DNA from: an uncultured Syntrophales bacterium
GTDB lineage: Bacteria; Desulfobacterota; Syntrophia; Syntrophales; JACQWR01
Assembly (NCBI GenBank): GCA_964614365.1
Contig: CAZTLA010000001.1
Coordinates: 1 to 60,871 of the forward strand
Direction: 5' to 3'
Length of the DNA: 60,871 nt
Shown here: positions 12,005-20,791 of the stretch, one piece after another
Position numbering within the stretch: the stretch's first letter is position 1
Layout of the letters: each line of letters begins with the position of its first letter
Made by a program: the position numbers and the translations under genes
Notes under the pieces: generated by a model
Databases searched by the model: none
What the model was told of the DNA's origin: nothing
Seen by the model: only the letters and a program-made list of their open reading frames with translations

Positions 12005-13453
12005 ATGAAAGGAGTGGCAATGGAGGAAAGCGTCGGCTTAACGCGGGAGGTAGCTTCTTTCATCGTAGAAACGGGCTACGATGATCTGCCCGACGAGGCG
12101 CTGCGCATTGCCGGGCGCTGTCTTATCGACGGCGCCGGCGTCATGCTCAGCGGTTCCACCGATGAGGCAAGCATGATCCTGCGCAGGTATCTGGAGGGCA
12201 TCGGGGGGAAGGAAGAAGCGGCGGTTCTGGGCACAACACTCCGTCTATCTGCTCCCGCTGCGGCTCTGGCCAACGGGACCAGCGGCCACGCCCAGGATTT
12301 CGACGACACCCAGCTTTCGCACTCCCCCGACCGCATCTCCGGTCTCCTTACCCACCCGACGACGCCGGTGCTGGCGGCGGCCTTTGCCGCGGGCGAAGAA
12401 GGAGGAATCAGCGGCAGAGAGTTTCTGACCGCCTTCGTGCTGGGTTGCGAAGTGGAATGCAAGATCGCCGAGGCGATCAATCCGCTCCACTACAAGAAAG
12501 GGTACCATACCACGGGCACCATCGGCGCCTTCGGGGCGGCGACGGCGACGGGGAAGATACTCGGACTTTCCCGGGAAGAGATGCGCTTTGCGCTCGGCAT
12601 TGTCGCCAGCATGAGCGCGGGCATCCGCGCAAACTTCGGCACCATGACCAAGCCGCTGCACGCGGGACGCGCGGCGGAAAACGGCATGACGGCGGCCCGG
12701 CTTGCCCGCCTGGGCTTTACCTCCGACCCCAACGTCCTGGAGAATCCCTGGGGTTACTTCAAGATTCTGGGCGACGGCTTCGAGATGGAGAAGATCGCGG
12801 GGAAACTGGGCAGGCCCTATACCCTCGTTGACCCGGGCGTGTCCATCAAGCCCTACCCCAGCGGCGTGTTGTCCCACCCTTCCATGAACGCCCTCGCGGA
12901 TCTGGTCAGTGAGCATGAGCTCACCCGCCGGAACGTGGAGCATATCAACCTCTACGCCGGTTCCAACATCCTGAATCCCCTGCGCTACGCCATGCCGCAA
13001 ACCGGACTGGAGGGGAAATTCAGTCTGCCTTTCTGTCTCACCAGCATCCTCCTCGCCCGAAAGGCGGGCATCAAGGAGTTCAGCGACGAATTCGTGCGGA
13101 GCCCTGAGGTGCAGGAGATGATGAAACACATAACGACCGTCTTCGATCCGGAGATAGAAGCCCGCGGTCATGCCAAAATCCTGAGCCGCGTGGAGGTGCG
13201 TCTGAAGGACGGGCGGGTATTGCGGAAGGATTCCAGCCCCTACAAGGGGGGCCCGGAGAATCCCCTGACCGAGGCTGAGCTGGACGAGAAATTCCTGACC
13301 TGTGCCGGCCTTGCCCTGCCCCAGCGGAAGATCGAACAATCGCTCGAATTGCTGAAGCGGATGCAGGAACTCACTGACGTGCGGGAGCTGATTGCGGCAT
13401 TGATCCCTGACGGAGGAAGAACAAGAATATATGGAAACAGGGTTAAAAAATAA
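12005..13453 (+). CDS. MmgE/PrpD family protein (2-methylcitrate dehydratase-like fold)
   Basis: The N-terminus LTREVASFIVETGYDDLPDEALRIAGRCLIDGAGVM is typical of PrpD-family proteins, and the length (~480 aa) fits. The start is ambiguous: ATGs at 11990, 12005 and 12020, the last two with good SD sequences. Confidence 0.8.
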   Translation: MKGVAMEESVGLTREVASFIVETGYDDLPDEALRIAGRCLIDGAGVMLSGSTDEASMILRRYLEGIGGKEEAAVLGTTLRLSAPAAALANGTSGHAQDFDDTQLSHSPDRISGLLTHPTTPVLAAAFAAGEEGGISGREFLTAFVLGCEVECKIAEAINPLHYKKGYHTTGTIGAFGAATATGKILGLSREEMRFALGIVASMSAGIRANFGTMTKPLHAGRAAENGMTAARLARLGFTSDPNVLENPWGYFKILGDGFEMEKIAGKLGRPYTLVDPGVSIKPYPSGVLSHPSMNALADLVSEHELTRRNVEHINLYAGSNILNPLRYAMPQTGLEGKFSLPFCLTSILLARKAGIKEFSDEFVRSPEVQEMMKHITTVFDPEIEARGHAKILSRVEVRLKDGRVLRKDSSPYKGGPENPLTEAELDEKFLTCAGLALPQRKIEQSLELLKRMQELTDVRELIAALIPDGGRTRIYGNRVKK

Positions 13454-14216
13454 GGTTGCCCTGGTGAGCGGGGGCGGCAGCGGCATCGGCGAGGCCGTGG
13501 CCAGGGAACTGGCGGCGGAGGGAGCGCGGGTCGTTATCTTCTCGCGCAACGAAGAGGAGTTGCAACGTGCCGCCGCCGGGATCGAGGCAGCCGCGGGCAG
13601 CAGCGTTCACTGGGCAAAGGCGGATGTAACGTGCGAAACGGATATTCAAAACCTGGTACAAGCAACAACCGCAGATTTCGGCGCCGTCGATCTCCTGGTG
13701 AACGCCGCGGGCAGCGGTCTCCCGGGAGAATTTGCCGACCTGTCCGATGAGGACTGGCGGGCAAACTTCGATCTGAACCTGTTGGGCACCGTGCGCTGCT
13801 GCCGGGCGGTGGTGCCCGGCATGAAGGGACGGGGCGGCAGCATCGTCAACATTGCCGCCATTTCCGCCCGCCAGCCGCGCCCCGGCCAGATTATTTCCAA
13901 TGCCGCCAAGGCGGCCGTTTTGAATTTCTCCAAGACCCTGGCCCTTAATTGCGCCGCGGATCACATCCGGGTAAATTGCGTGAACCCCGGTCAGATCCTG
14001 ACGCCAAGGCGGGCGCGCCACATTGCGAAGCTCGCCCGCGAGCGGAAGACGGCGGAAGAAGAAATCGTTCGGGAACAGGCGTCCATGATCCCGCTGGCGC
14101 GTCTCGGGGAACCGCGTGAGGTGGCGGCCGCGGTGGTATTTTTGCTCTCCGACCGGGCAGGCTTTATCACCGGCGCGGCGCTGGATGTGGACGGCGGAGA
14201 AACGCGTCACCTTTGA
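13431..14216 (+). CDS. Short-chain dehydrogenase/reductase (SDR)
   Basis: Contains VSGGGSGIGEAV (the TGxxxGxG motif), NAAG, and a C-terminal ITGAALDVDGG. Confidence 0.85.
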   Translation: METGLKNKVALVSGGGSGIGEAVARELAAEGARVVIFSRNEEELQRAAAGIEAAAGSSVHWAKADVTCETDIQNLVQATTADFGAVDLLVNAAGSGLPGEFADLSDEDWRANFDLNLLGTVRCCRAVVPGMKGRGGSIVNIAAISARQPRPGQIISNAAKAAVLNFSKTLALNCAADHIRVNCVNPGQILTPRRARHIAKLARERKTAEEEIVREQASMIPLARLGEPREVAAAVVFLLSDRAGFITGAALDVDGGETRHL

Positions 14217-14267
14217 GCATTCTTGCCGCGAGGGTTTTCGCGCGGCACCTTTTTGGAAGAGGCAGGC

Positions 14268-14510
14268 ATGGCAATAAAAAAGGCAAACGGGGAACCGGCA
14301 ACCATCGACATCTACACGCTCTGGTGCAAGTCCTGCGGCATCTGCGCCGCCTTTTGCCCCTCCGGCGCTCTGGCCCGGGATGAGCAGGGAGCCCCCTATG
14401 TGAAGGATGCCGCAAAGTGCATCCGCTGCGGCTGGTGCGAACTTCGCTGCCCGGATTTTGCCATCAGCGTGTCGCCGAAAATGGAAACGAAAGAGGAAGA
14501 GACGGGATGA
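14268..14510 (+). CDS. korD: 2-oxoacid:ferredoxin oxidoreductase, delta (2x[4Fe-4S] ferredoxin) subunit
   Basis: Has two cluster motifs, CKSCGICAAFCP and CIRCGWCELRCP. The ATGA overlap with the alpha subunit suggests translational coupling. Confidence 0.8.
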   Translation: MAIKKANGEPATIDIYTLWCKSCGICAAFCPSGALARDEQGAPYVKDAAKCIRCGWCELRCPDFAISVSPKMETKEEETG

Positions 14511-15652
14511 TGGGAAAGCGCGACCCACGGGAAGTCTTGTTGCAGGGAAATGAAGCCATCGTGGAAGGGGCGCTGCGGGCGGGCTGCCGCTTTTTTGCCG
14601 GCTATCCCATCACCCCCGCCACGGAAATAGCGGAGATCCTCTCCGCCCGGCTGCCCCGCGTGGACGGCGTCTTCATCCAGATGGAAGACGAGATCGCCAG
14701 CCTCGGGGCCGTCATCGGGGCCTCGCTCGCGGGCGCGAAGGCCATGACGGCCACCAGCGGGCCCGGATTCTCCCTGATGCAGGAAAATCTCGGATTCGCG
14801 GTGATGGCTGAGGCGCCCTGCGTGGTGGTCAACGTCATGCGGGGAGGACCAAGCACCGGACTTCCCACTGCGCCTTCGCAGGGGGACGTGATGCAGGCGC
14901 GCTGGGGAACCCACGGCGACCACCCCATGATCGTCCTCTGTCCCTCCACCGTGCGGGAATGTTACGACCTGACGATCCGGGCGTTCAACCTCTCCGAAAA
15001 ATATCGCAATCCCGTAATCCTCCTGGTGGACGAGGTAATCGCCCACATGCGGGAAAAAGTGACCATCTCCGACCAGGAGACCGTGGATATCTACGACCGC
15101 GAAAAACCGGCCGTGCCGCCGGAGTGGTATATCCCCTTTGAGGATACGCTGCGGGGAGTGCCGGCCATGGCGGATTTCGGCAGCGGATACCGTTACCACG
15201 TGACGGGGCTCACCCATGACGTGCGCGGATTCCCCACCTCGCGGCCCGACGAGAGCGGCCCCCTGATCATGCGCCTGTTTCGCAAGATCAGCCAGAACCT
15301 GGCGGATATCCAGACGTCGGAATTCTTTGCCGCCGACGACGCCGAAATCATGGTCGTCGCCTACGGCTGCGTGGCGCGTTCCGCGAAACGGGCGATACGG
15401 GAAGCGCGGGAGATGGGGATCAAGGCCGGGCTGCTCCGGCCCGTCACCCTCTGGCCCTTCGTACGGTCCGCCCTGGAGAAGGCGCTGACAACGGCACGGG
15501 TTGTGATCGTGCCGGAGATGAATATGGGCCAGCTTTCCCGCGAGGTGAAACGGGTCAATCCCGGAACGGCAAAGGTTTTAACCTTAAACAAGGTGGATGG
15601 AACGATGATCACCGCCGCCGAGATACTGGAGCGGATCAAGGGGGTGGCCTGA
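14507..15652 (+). CDS. korA: 2-oxoacid:ferredoxin oxidoreductase, alpha subunit
   Basis: Contains LLQGNEAIVEGALRAGCRFFAGYPITPATEI, TATSGPGFSLM and RGGPSTGLPT. I placed the start at the internal ATG 14507, which overlaps the korD stop. Confidence 0.88.
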   Translation: MMGKRDPREVLLQGNEAIVEGALRAGCRFFAGYPITPATEIAEILSARLPRVDGVFIQMEDEIASLGAVIGASLAGAKAMTATSGPGFSLMQENLGFAVMAEAPCVVVNVMRGGPSTGLPTAPSQGDVMQARWGTHGDHPMIVLCPSTVRECYDLTIRAFNLSEKYRNPVILLVDEVIAHMREKVTISDQETVDIYDREKPAVPPEWYIPFEDTLRGVPAMADFGSGYRYHVTGLTHDVRGFPTSRPDESGPLIMRLFRKISQNLADIQTSEFFAADDAEIMVVAYGCVARSAKRAIREAREMGIKAGLLRPVTLWPFVRSALEKALTTARVVIVPEMNMGQLSREVKRVNPGTAKVLTLNKVDGTMITAAEILERIKGVA

Positions 15653-16485
15653 TGCCCGAGATAACCAAACTCATCCACAAATACCTGCGCCACGACAAGA
15701 AGTTCCCCCACGTCTGGTGCCCGGGATGCGGGATCGGCACCATGCTGGGCGCCCTCATCCGGGCCATAGACCGGATCGGGTATGAGAAGGACGAGGTGGT
15801 GCTGGTTTCCGGCATCGGCTGTTCGGGAAGACTTCCCGTTTACGTGGACTTCAATACCCTGCACACCACGCACGGGCGGGCGCTCACCTTTGCCACCGGG
15901 GTGAAGTTGGCGAAGCCTAACCTCAAAGTCATCGTGATCATGGGCGACGGCGACGCCGTGGGTATCGGCGGGAATCACTTCATCCACGCGGCCCGGAGAA
16001 ATATCGACTTGACCGCCATCATCGTGAACAACTACATCTACGGGATGACGGGCGGTCAGTCGTCGCCCACGACCCCCTACGCGATGAAATCCACCACCGC
16101 GGTTTACCGGAATATCGAGCACACCTTCAACATCGCCGACCTGGCGACCGCGGCAGGCGCCTCTTTTGTCGCGCGGGGCACGGTCTACCACGCCAAACTC
16201 CTGGACGGGTTGATGGAAAAAGCCTTCCAGAAATCGGGATTTTCCGTGCTTGAGGTGATCTCCCACTGCCATACCCACTACGGCAAGCTCAACCGCCTGG
16301 GCACGGCGGTGGAGATGATGGAGTGGCAGCGCGATCATGCGGTAACCGGAGAGAAGGCTGCGGCCATGAAACCGGAGGAAGTGGCCGACAAGATAACCAT
16401 CGGCGTACTCATGGACCGTGAACTCCCCGTTTATCAGGCGGAGTATGAAAAGATACAAAAACAGGCACAGGAGGCGGAAAAGTAG
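15652..16485 (+). CDS. korB: 2-oxoacid:ferredoxin oxidoreductase, beta (TPP-binding) subunit
   Basis: Contains WCPGCG, SGIGCSGR, GDGD..GIGGNH and NNYIYGMTGGQ. The start overlaps the korA stop (TGATG). Confidence 0.9.
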   Translation: MPEITKLIHKYLRHDKKFPHVWCPGCGIGTMLGALIRAIDRIGYEKDEVVLVSGIGCSGRLPVYVDFNTLHTTHGRALTFATGVKLAKPNLKVIVIMGDGDAVGIGGNHFIHAARRNIDLTAIIVNNYIYGMTGGQSSPTTPYAMKSTTAVYRNIEHTFNIADLATAAGASFVARGTVYHAKLLDGLMEKAFQKSGFSVLEVISHCHTHYGKLNRLGTAVEMMEWQRDHAVTGEKAAAMKPEEVADKITIGVLMDRELPVYQAEYEKIQKQAQEAEK

Positions 16486-16487
16486 CC

Positions 16488-17090
16488 ATGGCATGGCGAT
16501 ATGAAATTCGTCTGGGCGGGACCGGCGGACAAGGCTTGATCTTCATGGGGATTATCCTGGCGGAGGCGGTGGGTCTTTACGAGGGCAAGTACGTGGCGCA
16601 GACCCAGAGCTACGGACCGGAAGCGCGCGGCGGTTCCAGCAAGGCAGAGGTCGTCGTGAGCGACGAGGAGATCGATTATCCCAAGGCGGCGGCGCTTGAT
16701 CTGCTGGTGGCCCTGAGCCAGAAGGCATGCGACGAATTTTACGGCGACCTGAAGTCCGAGGGGCTCCTGCTCGCGGATTCCACATTCATCTCCCAGCTTC
16801 CCCCGGTCCGTACCTTCCGGATTCCCTTCACCCGCATCGCCCGGGAAACATTCCACCGGGAAATGGTGGCCAATATCATCGCCCTGGGGGCACTGACGGA
16901 GCTTACGCCCGTTGTTTCCGCGCCGGCGATGGAAACGGCCATCCTGGGGCGCGTTCCGAAGGGCACGGAGCAGATGAACCGCGAGGCGCTGGAAGCGGGA
17001 AGGGCGGCGGCTAAAGAGGCGAAGAAAGAAGGCCCGACATCCGCCCTCCTGACGGAAGTCCCCCGTGATGGACTCCTGGGTTTTTACTGA
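16488..17090 (+). CDS. korC: 2-oxoacid:ferredoxin oxidoreductase, gamma subunit
   Basis: Contains IRLGGTGGQGLIFMGIILAEA...SYGPEARGG, typical of the OFOR gamma domain. Confidence 0.85.
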   Translation: MAWRYEIRLGGTGGQGLIFMGIILAEAVGLYEGKYVAQTQSYGPEARGGSSKAEVVVSDEEIDYPKAAALDLLVALSQKACDEFYGDLKSEGLLLADSTFISQLPPVRTFRIPFTRIARETFHREMVANIIALGALTELTPVVSAPAMETAILGRVPKGTEQMNREALEAGRAAAKEAKKEGPTSALLTEVPRDGLLGFY

Positions 17091-17116
17091 AATCTCTCCT
17101 GAACCATTCATTTTTC

Positions 17117-17157
17117 TTGACAAGAAAAATTGTATAGGATAAGAACGAACATTCGTT
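17117..17157 (+). promoter_or_regulatory. Putative promoter (-35 TTGACA) with a 6-2-6 palindrome AACGAAcaTTCGTT, a candidate TetR operator
   Basis: TTGACA lies at 17117-17122. A perfect inverted repeat AACGAA/TTCGTT lies at 17144-17157, about 75 nt upstream of the TetR start. The -10 hexamer is not clear (TAAGAA at a 17-nt spacing). Confidence 0.3.
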
Positions 17158-17230
17158 TAGGTATGAGTGAAGGTCAAGGGTAACTCATCGTCAATCCATA
17201 GAATAAATAAAAAAGTCACACTGAACATAG

Positions 17231-17854
17231 ATGAAAATATCTAATACAAAAGCGGAGATAGTTGAAAAAGCAACTGACCTTTTTTATAGATATGGTTTTG
17301 TCAAGGCATCTATCCGAGAGATTGTCACAGCTGTTGGGGTCACCAATTCAACGGTTTATAATCATTTTAAAAATAAAGATGAAATCCTTTATCATATTAT
17401 AGAGGATATTGGGTCAGTTCTTCTGAAAGAGCTTCGGGCCGGATTAGATGCGCATGATGATCCCGTTGATTGTCTTCGGGAGATGGTTTATAGACAGGTT
17501 TGTCTTATAAAAGAGAAGAGAAAAGAGATAAAGGTCTATATGGAGGAACAATATCAACTATCGACTGTTCTTCGAGATAGAGCGCTTAAGCAGCATCGTG
17601 AGATTTATGACGTTTATTATAGTCTGATTTGCCGAATCAAGGAGAGAGGCCTTATTCGTGATATCGATGAAACCGTTATTACTTTTGCTATTTTTGCCAT
17701 GATTAACTGGTCTTACCGCTGGTTCGAAGATACGGGGCGGCTTTCAATTGAAAAGGTTGCGGAAGATATAATAGGCATATTTTACGGCGGCATTTTCAAA
17801 GAAGGCGTTTTGGAAAAAAATAAACGTTTATACCAGGGGAAGAGACTATGCTGA
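17231..17854 (+). CDS. TetR/AcrR family transcriptional regulator
   Basis: N-terminal HTH: IVEKATDLFYRYGFVKASIREIVTAVGVTNSTVYNHFKNKDEIL. The stop overlaps the start of the next gene, so the two are probably co-transcribed. Confidence 0.9.
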   Translation: MKISNTKAEIVEKATDLFYRYGFVKASIREIVTAVGVTNSTVYNHFKNKDEILYHIIEDIGSVLLKELRAGLDAHDDPVDCLREMVYRQVCLIKEKRKEIKVYMEEQYQLSTVLRDRALKQHREIYDVYYSLICRIKERGLIRDIDETVITFAIFAMINWSYRWFEDTGRLSIEKVAEDIIGIFYGGIFKEGVLEKNKRLYQGKRLC

Positions 17855-18582
17855 TTAAGAGGACTGACGGCAACGTCGTCATCCTAAAACTAAATCGCCC
17901 CAAGCAGGCCAATGCCTTAAATAGAGAGCTTTTCACGAAACTTAGAGAAGAATTGGATGCGTTGCAGTGGGACGATCAAGCCCGGGTGGTGATTATTGCC
18001 GCATCGGGAGACAAGGCCTTTTGCGCAGGAATAGATCTGAAAGAGAGGGCGCGAAAGGAAAAGGACGAGATTCTCCGTGAGCGGGAGACGATTATCCGGC
18101 CATTCTATGTGACCCTGGGAAACTTTCCTAAACCGACCATTGCGGCCATAAATGGTCCGGCTTTGGGTGGAGGCGCGGAATTGGCCCTGGCCTGTGACAT
18201 AAGGGTAGCCTCGCCTGCGGCCAGATTCGGGCTGAGTGAAATCAAGTGGGGGATGATCCCTTCCTGTGGCGCATGCCAGCGGCTGCGTTTGGTTACAGGC
18301 ATGGGCATGGCCAAGGAAATCATCCTTACGGGGCGGGTGCTTGAGGCTGAGGAAGCCTATAGGTTGGGAATCTATAACCGCCTTGCGCCATATGAAAAAC
18401 TCGAGGAGGAGGCCATTAATCTGGCAAAACAGATTTCAGAGAATCCTCCCATTGCCGTGAAACAAGCCAAAAAAGTCCTCGATTCAGGAGTCGATATTTC
18501 TGCGGCGCTGGATTTCGATTTTGAGGCATCTAAAGAGTGTTTCTTTGCAGGCAATGCGCTCAGCAAACCAAAGACCTTCTGA
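17848..18582 (+). CDS. Enoyl-CoA hydratase/isomerase (crotonase) family
   Basis: Contains LNRPKQANAL, FCAGIDLKE and INGPALGGGAELALACDIR. Confidence 0.88.
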   Translation: MLIKRTDGNVVILKLNRPKQANALNRELFTKLREELDALQWDDQARVVIIAASGDKAFCAGIDLKERARKEKDEILRERETIIRPFYVTLGNFPKPTIAAINGPALGGGAELALACDIRVASPAARFGLSEIKWGMIPSCGACQRLRLVTGMGMAKEIILTGRVLEAEEAYRLGIYNRLAPYEKLEEEAINLAKQISENPPIAVKQAKKVLDSGVDISAALDFDFEASKECFFAGNALSKPKTF

Positions 18583-18595
18583 GGGGAATAATATT

Positions 18596-19789
18596 ATGGA
18601 ACTAAAAGATATTGTAGTGGTTAGCGCAGGTCGGAGTCCTATGGGCCTTTTCGGAGGAAGTTTAAAGGACATGACGGTTATTGATCTTGGGTCACAGGTG
18701 ATAAGAAAGACATTGGAAAAGATCAGCCTTAAACCGGATATGGTGGACATGACCGTTTTGGGGAACTGCCGGCAGGCCGGAAACGGGGTTAACCCTGCTC
18801 GGATAGCCGCTGAGCTGGCGGGAATTCCGATAGATCGCTTTGCCCAAACCGTGAATTGCGCCTGTCCCACGGGCATCAAAGCGATCATCATTGCTTCACA
18901 GGATATCAGATTGGGAGACGCGGATATTGTGGTGGCCGGAGGCATGGAACATATGAGCAGCATACCCCATCTTTTAATGGGGCACCGCTGGAACGGTTTC
19001 CGTTTGGGAAATGTGACCATCATGGATGGGTGGAACGATACCTTTGATCGGATAGCGAAGTGCTATATGGGGGAAACGGCTGAAAATGTCGCGGGAAAAT
19101 ATAACATCTCGAGAGAAGATCAGGATCAATTTGCCTACAATAGCCATCAAAAGGCCTCCAAGTCTCAAAAGGGCGGAAAATTTAAAGAAGAAATAGCGCC
19201 TATTGATGTGCCTCCGACAAAAGAGAAAGAAGGCTTTGTATTTTCGGAAGACGAATGTATCCGGCATGATGCGAATCTTGCAAAGATGGCCAAGCTGAAA
19301 CCGGCATTTAAAAAAGACGGCGGGACGGTCACTGCCGCAAATTCCTGCGGAATGCCGGACGGCGCGGCGGCCCTTGTGATGATGTCAAGAGAGAAGGCAA
19401 AATCTTTGGGGCTCACGCCGCTTTTCAGTATTGTTTCCTATTCCAACGCGGCCGTGGATAATGCCTACATGGGAATAGGACCAACCGCATCCATTCCTCT
19501 TGCCCTGGCAAGAGCCGGCTTGAGCAAGACGGACATTGACGCCTACGAAATCAATGAGGCCTTCGCGGCTACAAGCCTTGCCTGTGAGAGAATCTTAGGG
19601 TTGGATGCGGAAAAGGTAAATATCAACGGCGGAGCTATTGCACTTGGTCATCCCACCGGATGTTCCGGCGCCCGGCTGCTGACAACGCTTTATCATGTTC
19701 TCAAACAACAGGACAAGGAGCTTGGAGCTGCCAGTCTCTGCGGCGGCGGCGGCGTTTCTTGCGCAATAATCATCAAGCGAGAAAAATAA
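18596..19789 (+). CDS. Acetyl-CoA C-acyltransferase (thiolase)
   Basis: MELKDIVVVSAGRSPMG..., NCACPTGIKAI (active-site Cys), NINGGAIALGHPTGCSGAR, and a C-terminal CGGGG. I placed the start at the internal ATG 18596. Confidence 0.9.
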   Translation: MELKDIVVVSAGRSPMGLFGGSLKDMTVIDLGSQVIRKTLEKISLKPDMVDMTVLGNCRQAGNGVNPARIAAELAGIPIDRFAQTVNCACPTGIKAIIIASQDIRLGDADIVVAGGMEHMSSIPHLLMGHRWNGFRLGNVTIMDGWNDTFDRIAKCYMGETAENVAGKYNISREDQDQFAYNSHQKASKSQKGGKFKEEIAPIDVPPTKEKEGFVFSEDECIRHDANLAKMAKLKPAFKKDGGTVTAANSCGMPDGAAALVMMSREKAKSLGLTPLFSIVSYSNAAVDNAYMGIGPTASIPLALARAGLSKTDIDAYEINEAFAATSLACERILGLDAEKVNINGGAIALGHPTGCSGARLLTTLYHVLKQQDKELGAASLCGGGGVSCAIIIKREK

Positions 19790-19830
19790 GCGGGGTATTC
19801 TGTGGAGACGCTTTTTATGGAGGGCTGAAT

Positions 19831-20757
19831 ATGGAAGATATAAAAGCAATTGACATCATGAATTACCCGCCACAGGTGAAAGAACTGGTGGAATATAATT
19901 TTAATGATTATTCCGAGTGGCTGCACATGGCCAAGACCACCTTTAAACCCATGCTGCCTACCGGCCGGTTTCCGGTTGCAGAAGAAGAATTAGAGAAACA
20001 CAAGCATCTGCACGGCACAATGTTTTATCCTTACGAGACCGTTGCCGACCTGGTGAAGGCGATGGACGAGATTGGGTATGACAAGATTTGCATCTCGGCC
20101 GTGAAGATGTGGTCTTCAAGGTCCCATTACTTTGTGTGGGACTTCTCCGTAGATCAGGTGCAGCAGATCATTGAAAAATCAAACGGCAGAATTATCGGGG
20201 CCGCGGGTTATAATCCCTTTGATATCGAGGGGAGCCTGAAAGAGATAGAGAAGGCAGTAAAGGAGTATGCTTTCAAATTTGTTTATTTTCACTCTATGAG
20301 CTTTGGCCTGGCGCCCAATGATAAAAAGTACTATCCCCTTTATGCCAAGTGCAACGAATTGAATATCCCGGTGAGCGTTCAAGTGGGACATTCCGCCGAG
20401 CCTATGCCCAGCATACTCGGAAATCCCATGTACATGGATGAAATCGCCATTACGTTCCCCAACCTGAAAATCAATCTATCGCATACGGGCTGGCCCTGGT
20501 TCAGGGAATGGTGCGACCTGGTGTGGAAACATCCCAATGTCTATGGCGATATTTCAGCCTACATGCCGAAAAGTCTTGAACCGTATCAGATCGCGTTCAT
20601 GTTCAGCGGGCGCGGCAAGAACAAGGTGATGTGGGGGACAAATGGGATAGGTCTTGCGCGGGGCAAGAAGGAATTGATGGAGATGGACGCCAAAGATGAT
20701 GTCAAGATAAATATCCTTCGGGAAAATGCCATAAGTTTTCTTGGATTGGATAGGTAG
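19831..20757 (+). CDS. Amidohydrolase_2 (metal-dependent TIM-barrel hydrolase/decarboxylase) family protein
   Basis: Contains ...VYFHS..., VSVQVGHS, INLSHTGWPW and WGTN, as in the PF04909-type family. The start is at ATG 19831 (MEDIKAIDIM...). Confidence 0.6.
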   Translation: MEDIKAIDIMNYPPQVKELVEYNFNDYSEWLHMAKTTFKPMLPTGRFPVAEEELEKHKHLHGTMFYPYETVADLVKAMDEIGYDKICISAVKMWSSRSHYFVWDFSVDQVQQIIEKSNGRIIGAAGYNPFDIEGSLKEIEKAVKEYAFKFVYFHSMSFGLAPNDKKYYPLYAKCNELNIPVSVQVGHSAEPMPSILGNPMYMDEIAITFPNLKINLSHTGWPWFREWCDLVWKHPNVYGDISAYMPKSLEPYQIAFMFSGRGKNKVMWGTNGIGLARGKKELMEMDAKDDVKINILRENAISFLGLDR

Positions 20758-20791
20758 AATCGTTTTTTAAAGAAGGAGACATGTAATTCAG

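Noticed and set aside
11094-16494. Long minus-strand ORFs (11094-12020, 12245-13549, 13443-14528, 14396-15217, 15361-16494) antisense to the M29-like, PrpD, SDR and kor genes. Similar long antisense ORFs occur elsewhere (4896-5681 +, 6617-7480 +, 34119-34685 -, 38010-38594 -, 42781-43785 +, 28934-29695 -).
   Set aside because: They lie fully opposite ORFs with clear family signatures. Their translations are Arg/Gly/Pro/His-rich and low in complexity, with no recognisable motif. They are typical shadow ORFs of GC-rich coding sequence.
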